Assembly (NCBI GenBank): GCA_022825825.1
Contig: JAJDWA010000019.1
Coordinates: 40,046-104,045, forward strand
Reading direction: 5' to 3'
DNA length: 64,000 nt
From: Candidatus Poribacteria bacterium
GTDB taxonomy: Bacteria; Poribacteria; WGA-4E; WGA-3G
In this document: piece after piece, positions 9,913-18,740 of the stretch
Numbering within the stretch: position 1 is the stretch's first letter
Layout: every line of letters begins with the position of its first letter
The notes under the pieces: model-generated
Database searches by the model: none
What the model was told of the DNA's origin: nothing
Seen by the model: the letters and a program-made list of their open reading frames with translations, nothing else
Program-made: the position numbers and the translations under genes

Positions 9913-10308
9913 CTATATTTCTCCTTTGCCAATTTTTATTATTTTGAGTGCAAACGCTATTCGAAATTTGTTTTACACTCTTTTTGCTTGAAAATCTATT
10001 ATGAATGTTATAACATGTGCAAAGCCATTCAATTGTTGGGTTTTTCTTAATATTTTTGACACGGTCGCTCGGATAGGAAGAGACCTTTGAAAGAAGTTGG
10101 AAATTGAATAGCTCTGGTAACCTGTGAACATTATCACACGTATTCTGTAAAAAGTCAACATTTGGCACAATGGAAACAGAGCCATTCAGTTCTCTTTTAG
10201 GAGAGATCTCTGATTGTTCTAATACTTACTATAGGAGCGGGCTGCACTCGCGATCTTTCGGGCAAATGCTTATGGTGGATCTTAGAATTAATGAAACACT
10301 TTGCACCA

Positions 10309-10333
10309 GCACGGTTGGGAAACTGTGCCTACC
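10309..10333. repeat. REP-like unit (family 1, diverged)
   Basis: gcacggttgggaaactgtgcctacc is the reverse orientation of GGTAGG + hairpin (one G-T pair in the stem). It sits in a 640-bp non-coding gap. Confidence 0.55.
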
Positions 10334-10554
10334 GCGGAAGGGCGAAAGTGTGTATTCATTTCTTAGCTTTACTATTAAAAAACCGAAAACTGAATGACTC
10401 TGTTATAAAGGTGCTATATCTTGACCTCTGTTTGAAAATTGGGGTATATTTTTCTCATTGATTGCGGCGTGACGTGTTTAAGAAGGTTTCCACCCATTCC
10501 TGTAATAATATTAGTTAGAACCCTTCTTGCTATATTCGCTGGAGGTAAATCATC

Positions 10555-11457
10555 ATGAAAACACTCATGAATGTTCTGATGCTCCCTGTGATTATCGCCG
10601 GGTTGTGTGGCATTACAGACGCAGAGAATATCGTAACCGATGGACTTGTGAGTTACTGGACCTTTGATCATGAGGACATTATTGGGAACACTGTCAAAGA
10701 TGTTTGGGGCGAAAACAATGCAACAATTGTAGGAAGCCCAACGATTGTCAACGGACGCCTGAAAGATGCACTTAAATTTGATGGTATCAAGGATTATGTG
10801 AACCTAACGACTCTTGACGATTTTGGTGCTAAACTCGATTTTTCCACGGTTGAAGTGTGGATTAAAACGGATTACAAAGAAACATGGACAACAATTTTCA
10901 AAACTATAGGCCGTGGCTGCGATAATTCGGGAAAGATGATTTGGGGAATAGATATTAACAGAAGGATGGCTGATGCCGAGGATCTTAAGAATGATCCTTT
11001 TGGGCCTCGGATTATTTCTGCAGAGGATTTCATTCAACTTTATTTAGCATCTCTTTTCAAAAATAAAGGTGGGTGTGCACTTTCCTTTCTTAGGGGCGAA
11101 TTTCCGATTTCAGATGGCGAATGGCATCACCTCGTCTATACGAATGAGCATGTAGATGAAAACGGTACAGAATGGAGGCAACGCGCGCTTTTTATAGATG
11201 GAACACTGAATCGGATTTCACAGTTTATTCCATTAGTTCCGAAGGCTCAGTACAAATATGTGCCATTCTCTGAACCTGTGTATCTTGGCGCAGGAAATAA
11301 CCGTGGTAGAGCCGAAGGCTTTTTCAACGGGATTATTGATGAAGTCCGCATTTACGATCGTCCCCTAACTAAAGCAGAAATCATGCGCAATTATCAATCT
11401 ACTACAGGCCTCGCTGTTGACCGTACAGATAAGTTAACAACGGTTTGGGGTGCCTGA
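10555..11457 (+). CDS. secreted LamG (concanavalin A-like lectin/glucanase) domain protein
   Basis: A signal peptide is followed by typical LamG signatures (LVSYWTFD, ALKFDG, DEVRIYDRPLTKAEI). RBS ggaggt. Confidence 0.8.
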   Translation: MKTLMNVLMLPVIIAGLCGITDAENIVTDGLVSYWTFDHEDIIGNTVKDVWGENNATIVGSPTIVNGRLKDALKFDGIKDYVNLTTLDDFGAKLDFSTVEVWIKTDYKETWTTIFKTIGRGCDNSGKMIWGIDINRRMADAEDLKNDPFGPRIISAEDFIQLYLASLFKNKGGCALSFLRGEFPISDGEWHHLVYTNEHVDENGTEWRQRALFIDGTLNRISQFIPLVPKAQYKYVPFSEPVYLGAGNNRGRAEGFFNGIIDEVRIYDRPLTKAEIMRNYQSTTGLAVDRTDKLTTVWGA

Positions 11458-11586
11458 AGAAAAAATAGGTATCTATCCTATTCTATGGCTGTAGATCACG
11501 CCGCTTCTTAATTTTAGATACAAGGTAGGTCAGGGGCATTTAGTTTTAAGGATTTATCAGGTTTCGCGCTTTTTTCAAGGTTCCGG

Positions 11587-11610
11587 TTCGGTTAGGAAAC
11601 CGCACCTACC
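11587..11610. repeat. REP-like unit (family 1)
   Basis: ttcggttaggaaaccgcacctacc (reverse orientation). Confidence 0.7.
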
Positions 11611-11684
11611 AGGCCTGAGGGAACAAAATCGATCGAAAAAATGGAAAACTATAGTGAACTTTAGAATTAACAGGACATTCTGGG

Positions 11685-11752
11685 TTGTAGGAGGGAACTC
11701 CGATTCCCGACTATCAGTGAGTTTCGTCGCGATTCGGAGATCGCTCCTACAA
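11685..11752. repeat. REP/BIME-like inverted pair (family 2)
   Basis: ttgtaggagGGGAActccgaTTCCCgac at 11685-11711, and the inverted gtcgcgattcggagatcgctcctacaa at 11726-11752. The second unit is identical over 27/27 nt to the unit at 32293-32319. Confidence 0.75.
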
Positions 11753-11824
11753 AAAATGTGCATCTTTAATTTCAAAGTCTACTATAAATAGCCCTATGAT
11801 GGAAAAAGTAAAGAGGTTTAAATA

Positions 11825-12829
11825 ATGAAAACAACTGTATTTCGGAATCTGCTAAAGTTTCTTTTCGTGTTAGGTCTTATCTGTAACTTTGTTTCTACAA
11901 CATCAGCACAGAATTATTATCCCGCTACTATAGGTAATGAATGGGTTTTAGAGAGCACCGATGGCAAGGAAAGACGCACTTATTCACTTGAGAACCCTGA
12001 AGACATTGCAGATCAAGAATTTGTTCTTTTGAAAATTGAAACCGAGAATCTTAGCACTAATAAGGTTATTGACACAGACGAGTACTTTTTGACAACTGAC
12101 GATGAAGGAATCAAACTCCATAAAACCGTCCTTGAGCAAGCCCCCTATGGTGCTGTAAAAGCTGATTTTCCAACACCTGTTACTTTTTTTCCTAAAAAAT
12201 TAGTGCAAGGAGACAAGTGGAAAATAGTTGCAGATGCGGAACTTCTCGGAATACCTATAAAAAGCACCACCGATTTAGAAATAGTTGGATTTGAGGACGT
12301 TGTTACACCAGCAGGAACATTTAAGAATTGCGCTAAAATTGAGTTAGTATTGAAAACTTCTGCTGCGGGTGGCGCTATAAATATTGATCCAACAACATCT
12401 TATCAGTGGTTAGCACCTGATATCGGACCTGTCAAATTTGAGGGTAATGAGGGGGTTGTCTATGAGATAATTAGCTTCAAAATATCCGCCCCTCCTGTTA
12501 GTCCTGCACAGAATCCGCCCTTATGGCAATTGCCATCTCTTGAATTTCAAGTTACTGGTTCGCGGCTGGGTGGAATACTCAATGCCAAGATATTGGAAAA
12601 TGTTGAAGATTATGTGTCGGAAGTGCACAATTTAGGAATAGTTACCGTAACTGGAGGAATTGTTCCGCCTGGGGATGGTACTGGTTTGGCCACAAACTTG
12701 GAAAGGAAACAAGATCTTTGGGTTGCTGGAATCTTTGGCGATGCACCTATCATCGGCACGATAACGCTTTTTGCTGAAAATGATAAAGGTAGGACTACAG
12801 TAACTATTAAAGTAACTATTATTAGATAA
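11825..12829 (+). CDS. secreted hypothetical protein, paralog 1 of a three-member family (shared ~190-aa N-terminal module)
   Basis: A signal peptide is followed by AQNYYPATIGNEWVLES...TPAGTFKNCAKIEL...YQWLAPDIGPVKFE. These blocks are shared with 13228..14889 and 15049..15849. Confidence 0.75.
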   Translation: MKTTVFRNLLKFLFVLGLICNFVSTTSAQNYYPATIGNEWVLESTDGKERRTYSLENPEDIADQEFVLLKIETENLSTNKVIDTDEYFLTTDDEGIKLHKTVLEQAPYGAVKADFPTPVTFFPKKLVQGDKWKIVADAELLGIPIKSTTDLEIVGFEDVVTPAGTFKNCAKIELVLKTSAAGGAINIDPTTSYQWLAPDIGPVKFEGNEGVVYEIISFKISAPPVSPAQNPPLWQLPSLEFQVTGSRLGGILNAKILENVEDYVSEVHNLGIVTVTGGIVPPGDGTGLATNLERKQDLWVAGIFGDAPIIGTITLFAENDKGRTTVTIKVTIIR

Positions 12830-13227
12830 GCTATACAGAATAATTGGATGTACATAACGATGGACTTGTCTATATCTTGAATTTAGGTGATTATTGCACA
12901 AAATTTCAATAATTACGTTGAACAGTGTTCAAAAGTTTAGTAAAATAACGTGACTACTATCATGCAGCATTTGGAAAAGTCAATATGGTAACTTGGAAAG
13001 TGGTATTAGTTGTGATCGGCATCGGCATTCTGTTTATGGCAATCGGAATGTGGTTAGGCTATCGATACATATCGGAACAGGATGAAATTCGTTCAAACGC
13101 ACAACATGAGTCTTCTAACCAGGAACTCCCACTCGTATTTATACATCATATCAACAAAAATTTTACTGATATGATGTTACCCTTCTAACATCACTCAAAT
13201 TGTATATCTGAAAAGGAGATATGAATT

Positions 13228-14889
13228 ATGAAAATTACTAAACCTATGTCTTGGCTGAAACTGATCTTAGTATTAAGCCTTATATGTAGTTTCGCGCTTA
13301 CAGTCACAGCACAGGATTATTATCCGACGACTGTCGGTAATACCTGGGTTTTTCTAAGTCAGGATGGTGCTGAAAGGCGCACCTATTCTATAGAGGAATC
13401 CGATAATGATGCGGATGCAGGAATTATTGTCCTGAGAATCGTTACTGAAACACTCGGCACGGACACAGTTGATACCGATTTATATTTTATTTCTGATGAT
13501 AACGGAGATCTAAAACTGCACCGGATAAGGACAGAAGAAGGCGCGTTTGGTATTGCAGCGGCGACCCTTGATCCGCCTGCACTTTTCTTCCCGGCAGATC
13601 TACCAGTTGGACGTACATGGGACGTCGTGACGGTCGCAGAACTCGATCTGGTTGGTACAGCAACAACTACAAGTACTATAACAGTTGTAGATTCTGAGGA
13701 ACTTGAAACCCCGGCGGGAACATTTGAAAACTGTGTCAAACTCGAGATACAGAGAAAATCTGCCACGGCACTCGCAACTATCCGGACCGATTCTTACCAA
13801 TGGTTAGCACCTGATGTCGGCCCTGTCAAATATGAGAACGATCAAGGTATTGTGTATGAATTGCAGAGTTATAACTTAGTCCAGGAAACACCTGCGGAAC
13901 CTGAAACGCCAGAAGAACCCGCAGTGGAAACACCTACAGAAACCGAAACGCCGGAAGAACCTATAACGCCGATCAAAACCAGTAGTTTTGATATTACCCT
14001 TGAGTCAGGATTAAACATGATCTCTATCCCACTGATGCCAGCAGAACCTTATACTGCAAAATCACTTGCTACAATGTTGAGCTCAACAGTTGTCATCAAA
14101 TTAGATGCCTCAAAACAGAGTTTCGTCGGCTATTCAGCTGCTGAAGAAGGTGACGGTTTTGGAATTGATGGTAGCAGCGGCTATATTGTGAATACCCCTG
14201 CTGGCGTTATTACATTTGCTGGCACAGCATGGCAAAAGCAACCTGATGACGCAGCGGCTGCACCTAAAGTATCTACTGCTAAGAACGCGTGGGCATTTGT
14301 GGTCACAAGCAACTTGCAGAGTAAAGAGACCGGTACCTCTTATACTGTGGTTGCCAAAAATCTTCGAACAGGAGTTGTTACGACTGAGAAAGTTGCCAGC
14401 GACAAAGAACACGTCTCTGCCGTATGGGCAGATCTAAATCGCAAGAGCGTAATTGAAGTTGGTGATAAACTTGAGGTTGCCCTCCTTGACAAACGCGGCG
14501 CTATTGTGTCTGGTCCCTTCCAACGCACTGTAACTGCTACGGATATTCACAATGCATATATGAGTGTACAGATGCGTGTCGGAGACGTACGGCCCAAGGA
14601 AACGGTTCTCGGTCAAAACTTCCCGAATCCGTTCAATCCAGAGACGTGGATACCTTATCAGTTGAGTCGTGATTCCAACGTAACAATTCAGATTTATAAT
14701 GTTTCTGGTAGGGTGATTCGGACGTTAAACTTAGGCCACAAGTCGACTGGTTCATACCTGACGACCTCAACTGCAGCGTATTGGGATGGCAAGAATAACT
14801 CAGGGGAACATGTTGCGAGCGGTATCTATTTCTATACTCTCCAAACAGATAAATTTTCTGCTACCCGCCGAATGGTAATTCTTAAGTAA
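13228..14889 (+). CDS. secreted hypothetical protein, paralog 2, with P/E/T-rich linker and T9SS-type (Por/FlgD-Ig-like) C-terminal domain
   Basis: It has the same N-terminal module (AQDYYPTTVGNTWVF...TPAGTFENCVKLEI...YQWLAPDVGPVKYE) and the linker ETPAEPETPEEPAVETPTETETPEEP. The C-terminus LGQNFPNPFNPETWIPYQL...GIYFYTLQ matches the usual T9SS C-terminal sorting domain pattern. Confidence 0.8.
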   Translation: MKITKPMSWLKLILVLSLICSFALTVTAQDYYPTTVGNTWVFLSQDGAERRTYSIEESDNDADAGIIVLRIVTETLGTDTVDTDLYFISDDNGDLKLHRIRTEEGAFGIAAATLDPPALFFPADLPVGRTWDVVTVAELDLVGTATTTSTITVVDSEELETPAGTFENCVKLEIQRKSATALATIRTDSYQWLAPDVGPVKYENDQGIVYELQSYNLVQETPAEPETPEEPAVETPTETETPEEPITPIKTSSFDITLESGLNMISIPLMPAEPYTAKSLATMLSSTVVIKLDASKQSFVGYSAAEEGDGFGIDGSSGYIVNTPAGVITFAGTAWQKQPDDAAAAPKVSTAKNAWAFVVTSNLQSKETGTSYTVVAKNLRTGVVTTEKVASDKEHVSAVWADLNRKSVIEVGDKLEVALLDKRGAIVSGPFQRTVTATDIHNAYMSVQMRVGDVRPKETVLGQNFPNPFNPETWIPYQLSRDSNVTIQIYNVSGRVIRTLNLGHKSTGSYLTTSTAAYWDGKNNSGEHVASGIYFYTLQTDKFSATRRMVILK

Positions 14890-14912
14890 GCGTAGCTGCA
14901 AAATTGTTGAGT

Positions 14913-14992
14913 GAAACGCCTTGATTTTAAAAGCAATCCGGTTAACTTCACAGATTGTACTGAGATGGCTAAATCAAGGCGTTTCCTTTTTT
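14913..14992 (+). terminator. putative rho-independent terminator (long-loop hairpin + T tract)
   Basis: gaaacgccttgattt (14913-14927) pairs perfectly with aaatcaaggcgtttc (14971-14985) and is followed by cttttttt. It starts 24 nt after the stop at 14889. Confidence 0.55.
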
Positions 14993-15048
14993 ACAAAACA
15001 CATCGGTGTTCATGGATAACTTTGAGCAATTTTACGAGGGAGGATTAA

Positions 15049-15849
15049 ATGTTTAAAAGGACCTTATTGGTGACTCTTTTGACAGTGATACTTACCTTTA
15101 GTTTCACTGTTATGGCAGCACAAAATTATTATCCGACAACTCTTGGCAATATATGGGTTATGGAAAGTGAAGATAAGGCTGAACGGCTAACTTACACTGT
15201 TGAAACATCTGATGAGTCCATTAACGGTATAGACCTTGCACTACTCAAAATTACAACTGAAACCTTAGGAACGAATTCAATCATAACCGAAAAGTATCTT
15301 ATAGATTTTGATGAAGACGGAATAAAACTCTATAAAATTGAAGTGGAACTCGGTTCAGTATTTGGTGTTGCAACTGCCGTATTATATCCACCTGCTCTTT
15401 TCTATCCATTGTCTTTAGCAGTCGGAGACTCGTGGGAGTTTACCGCTGATTCAGAGGTGGACTTAGTGGGACCTGTTACATTCACAAGCACTAACAAAGT
15501 CGCAGCCGTAGAAGATGTTGTAACACCAGCAGGAACGTTTGAAAACTGTCTAAAGATCAGGATAGAGACAGTATCTACGACCACTTTAGGAGTAACACGC
15601 GGAACTGCTTACCAATGGCTTGCACCAAACTTTGGTCCTGTGAAATTTGAAAATACTCAGGATATTGTCTATGAATTGGTAAACTCCAACCTACTCTATG
15701 ATGTTACGGGGGATGGTGTTGTCAATATATCAGACCTTGTCTTTGTAGTTTCTCAGTTTGGTCAGGAGGATGCGGAGGGAGATGTAAACAATGACGGGAC
15801 AGTTAATATTCTGGATTTGGTACTTGTTGCACAGAATTACGAAAATTAA
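15049..15849 (+). CDS. secreted hypothetical protein, paralog 3, with C-terminal dockerin-type repeats
   Basis: It has the same N-terminal module (AQNYYPTTLGNIWVMES...TPAGTFENCLKIRI...YQWLAPNFGPVKFE). The C-terminus DVTGDGVVNISDLVFV...GDVNNDGTVNILDLVLV is a duplicated dockerin Ca-binding repeat. Confidence 0.8.
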   Translation: MFKRTLLVTLLTVILTFSFTVMAAQNYYPTTLGNIWVMESEDKAERLTYTVETSDESINGIDLALLKITTETLGTNSIITEKYLIDFDEDGIKLYKIEVELGSVFGVATAVLYPPALFYPLSLAVGDSWEFTADSEVDLVGPVTFTSTNKVAAVEDVVTPAGTFENCLKIRIETVSTTTLGVTRGTAYQWLAPNFGPVKFENTQDIVYELVNSNLLYDVTGDGVVNISDLVFVVSQFGQEDAEGDVNNDGTVNILDLVLVAQNYEN

Positions 15850-15886
15850 TCAGGAACATTCCAGAATTATTTGCGTAAGATCTTTC

Positions 15887-17482
15887 TTACAAAGTCCGTT
15901 TTTGAATCTCGTCTACCTCAAGTGTCTCCTCGTACCACGAACTCTCTTCAATGTTCTTACCTGATGCATTAGTGTATTTTTGTGGCTGCCACAAAAATTT
16001 GAGAGATAAATCACCACTGTTGTAAAAGATCACTTCTGCTTTGTCATCAGCGCCAATAATAGGGCGGACCAGGGAGAGAAGTGTTGATGGTATCTGATTT
16101 TGTCCATCCGCGTTTTTGATGGCTATGAACGGCGCAACCTTACCCAAAATCTCACGAGTGCCGAGAAGTAAAGGTCCGTAGCACGCGGTCACTGCACCTT
16201 GTCCCCAATTGCGTCCGTGCCCTGCAGCAACGGAGCAAACTGCACCCCCCATATCTGCATGTTCCCTTCCGCCGCGCAGCACACGATGTGCCATATTCAG
16301 ACGTGTGGCGGCATTCCGTAACGCTCTTACAGCATAAGCAACTTCACCTGTTATTTGATAGGCGAGTGTTAACGTCGCTGTTGACGGTTCTTGAATAGGT
16401 TTAACTGAACCGTCATCCGACCATTCTCCCCAATACGCCATATCCGATCGTTTTCCTACACCGGATTCTCGGCGGCGCGTTTCTTGTGGAAAAACGAGTG
16501 CCAACAATTCAGGTGAAGTTGATGGAAGCGCTTGTAAACCTTCAGTAATGGCACCATCAAAACAGGTATCGTTGAAAGTCCATCGGTAATAACTGAGTGC
16601 TGCGGCTGCGGGGTCATTGTAGGGATCGTTAAGCGATGTAACAAGCGGTTCAACAATACGTTTTGCTGCTGTCTGGAAAATCTCTTCGCCAGACAAGAGG
16701 TAAAGGTCACCCAACGCATAAATCGCACCAGACGCCAGTAGGTTCTCAATTCCTGCCAACGGATCTCCGGGAATATGATGCGAACTTGCAACAAGTCGAT
16801 GCAAATTTTTTGCGTCGACTTCTGCCTCGCTGAGACCATTTTCATTCAAATCCCAGAGCAGCGGCATCGGATCCGGCGCAGCGATGATCCGCTCAGCCCG
16901 TTTTCGTCCATATCGCAATGCCCACTCTACATATCGCTTTTCACCTGTAACGCTATATGCTGCCAAAGCGATATGGATAAAACGGAAGTGCTCTGCGAGT
17001 TCATAAGCATTCTTCTCATCATTTTCTACAAATTGCGTGCCGATATTGTAGCCGATAAACGTATCTCGCTCATAATCGTACCAGGGCGGTATTTCTGGCA
17101 CCCAATTCCCAATATGTTCTGCAGCATCTGTTAAAAGGGCAATTGCCTCAGTATCATCAGGCTTTATCCCAATATAACGGGGTAAGAAAAGCAGAAAAGG
17201 TTCTGGTCCGTGATGTGCTTCCGCCTTCGGTTCATATCCATGCACACAGTCACGTTCTATCCAACCGAAGAGTGCTGCTTTAAGCATGTCAAAGTGTTGC
17301 AAAACGGTTGGGTCGCCAGTGATTAAATAGTGTGGAAACCACGCAAGGGCGTAGTTTGCCTCATCCTCGCCGCCGTTGTTTGGACCGGGCGGGTCAAGCA
17401 GCATGCTCTGTTTAAGCCAACGCCCCATTTCTGTTCTGAGTTTGCTATAAGCGTTATAGCATTCGCTGAATTCGGATATCAT
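15887..17482 (-). CDS. hypothetical protein (helical-repeat, possibly alpha/alpha-toroid glycan-active enzyme)
   Basis: 531-aa ORF with no signal peptide. Its start overlaps the upstream stop by 4 nt (ATGA at 17479-17482). The composition is helical, W/Y-rich and reminiscent of heparinase/GH-like toroids, but I see no diagnostic motif. Confidence 0.6.
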   Translation of the reverse strand: MISEFSECYNAYSKLRTEMGRWLKQSMLLDPPGPNNGGEDEANYALAWFPHYLITGDPTVLQHFDMLKAALFGWIERDCVHGYEPKAEAHHGPEPFLLFLPRYIGIKPDDTEAIALLTDAAEHIGNWVPEIPPWYDYERDTFIGYNIGTQFVENDEKNAYELAEHFRFIHIALAAYSVTGEKRYVEWALRYGRKRAERIIAAPDPMPLLWDLNENGLSEAEVDAKNLHRLVASSHHIPGDPLAGIENLLASGAIYALGDLYLLSGEEIFQTAAKRIVEPLVTSLNDPYNDPAAAALSYYRWTFNDTCFDGAITEGLQALPSTSPELLALVFPQETRRRESGVGKRSDMAYWGEWSDDGSVKPIQEPSTATLTLAYQITGEVAYAVRALRNAATRLNMAHRVLRGGREHADMGGAVCSVAAGHGRNWGQGAVTACYGPLLLGTREILGKVAPFIAIKNADGQNQIPSTLLSLVRPIIGADDKAEVIFYNSGDLSLKFLWQPQKYTNASGKNIEESSWYEETLEVDEIQKRTL

Positions 17483-18288
17483 AGTAAGGAATTTAAAAAG
17501 TCAATACTCTGTTTTGCGATTGTCTTCGGATCGGGTTTGAAATCGAAAACCTCTGTTGAGACATAACCGCTGTAATTCATTTCTTTCAATGCTTCAATAA
17601 TTGGTGGGTAGTCTACGTTGCCAGAACCGGGGAGATAACCGTTGTCATCGTTGGAATGGAAATGTGCAACGTGTTTGGAGCAGTTGCGAATCTGTGTCGG
17701 CATGTCTAACCCTTCTTTTGCAGTACTACAGACATCTAAAATCATCTGGAAATTGGGATGGTTCACGGCATTAACCATTTCAACCGCTTTGTCAGGGTGG
17801 GAAATAAAGTTAGTTTGATCGCTTGACAACGGTTCCATGCACAAAGTGACTCCTCTTTCCCCAGCCAGTTCTGCTCCTGCAGCGAAAGTATCTTGCGCAT
17901 AGCCCCATGCTTGTTCAAAGCTAAGCGGTTCCATGACGTTCCGTTGCTGCGGTGACCCGAAAACCAGTATCTGCCCATCTAAATCTGCACAGAGTTCGAT
18001 GAGTGCAAGTAAATAATCCCGCGTTTCGTTTCGAATTTCTGCGTCTGGATGGTTGATATAGAGCCCTGGTGGTGAAACGAGTAACCAGTGAAGTCCTGCG
18101 ATCTCTATGTTTGCATCTTTAGCGGCTTTGCGGATGCGCGTCCGTTCTGTTTCACTGATGTCCAAAACCGAGTCTGCCAATGTAAATGGTGCAATTTCAA
18201 CCGCATCATACCCAAGTTCAGCGGCATAAGTGAACACATCTTCTATTTTCCAATTTTCAAACATTTCATTGCATATTGCAAGTTTCAT
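17479..18288 (-). CDS. sugar phosphate isomerase/epimerase (xylose isomerase-like TIM barrel)
   Basis: MKLAICNEMF..., YDAVEI, HFHSNDDNGYLPGSG and a typical AP-endonuclease-2/TIM-barrel pattern. ATG at 18288 is preferred over the track start at 18345. Confidence 0.8.
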   Translation of the reverse strand: MKLAICNEMFENWKIEDVFTYAAELGYDAVEIAPFTLADSVLDISETERTRIRKAAKDANIEIAGLHWLLVSPPGLYINHPDAEIRNETRDYLLALIELCADLDGQILVFGSPQQRNVMEPLSFEQAWGYAQDTFAAGAELAGERGVTLCMEPLSSDQTNFISHPDKAVEMVNAVNHPNFQMILDVCSTAKEGLDMPTQIRNCSKHVAHFHSNDDNGYLPGSGNVDYPPIIEALKEMNYSGYVSTEVFDFKPDPKTIAKQSIDFLNSLL

Positions 18289-18505
18289 TCTTGACTCCAG
18301 TCCGATTTTTTTCTGAATTCTAAAAGGTTTTTGTGTTTTTGTCAAGTATTTTGGGTATCTTCTTTTATTGATACCATAGGACTTTGCCAGAAGGCAAAAT
18401 TTGATATTCTGACGCTAATCTGATATTGTACTGCCATCGGAAATTCGGGTCACTCTCTAAGACAAGATTGCGGTATAATATCCATTTACTGGAAAGGAGT
18501 ATCCG

Positions 18506-18643
18506 ATGGCGAAACGAAAACGAAGAAACTTCACCCCGAGTTTAAAGCCGAAGTTGTTCTTGAGGCACTTACGGGTGAAAGTTCACAAGCGGAACTGTGT
18601 CGGCGACACAACCTCAGCGATGAACAACTTTCTAATCAATGCA
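18506..18643 (+). pseudogene. IS3-family transposase OrfA remnant (frameshifted and truncated)
   Basis: ATG at 18506 gives MAKRKRRNFTP. After a -1 slip the reading continues EFKAEVVLEALTGESSQAELCRRHNLSDEQLSNQ, the conserved helix-turn-helix N-terminus of IS3-type OrfA. There is no remainder of orfA or orfB. Confidence 0.7.
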
Positions 18644-18706
18644 GAATACCGGACGCGTATTCAGTGTTGATTTGGCTGAATACCGGACGCGTATTCAGTG
18701 TTGATT
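18644..18706. repeat. tandem direct repeat (2 x 29 nt, period 34) with internal hairpin
   Basis: gaataccggacgcgtattcagtgttgatt occurs at 18644-18672 and again at 18678-18706. Each copy contains GAATAC-N7-GTATTC. Confidence 0.8.
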
Positions 18707-18740
18707 CGTAGTGTGTAATAATTATAGGTTTACTATAAGT

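Noticed and set aside
10170-10397. 75-aa ORF in the 640-bp gap upstream of the LamG gene
   Set aside because: It has no RBS, contains a REP-like unit (10309-10333), and its sequence has no protein-like features. It is probably non-coding.
11575-11775. 66-aa minus-strand ORF
   Set aside because: It is composed almost entirely of REP family 1 and family 2 units (its translation ends ...GRCGFLTEPEP). It is a repeat artefact.
12985-13188. 67-aa ORF with one hydrophobic helix between paralogs 1 and 2
   Set aside because: It has no convincing RBS, it is short, and I recognise no similarity to anything. It could be a real small membrane protein, but the evidence is insufficient to annotate it.
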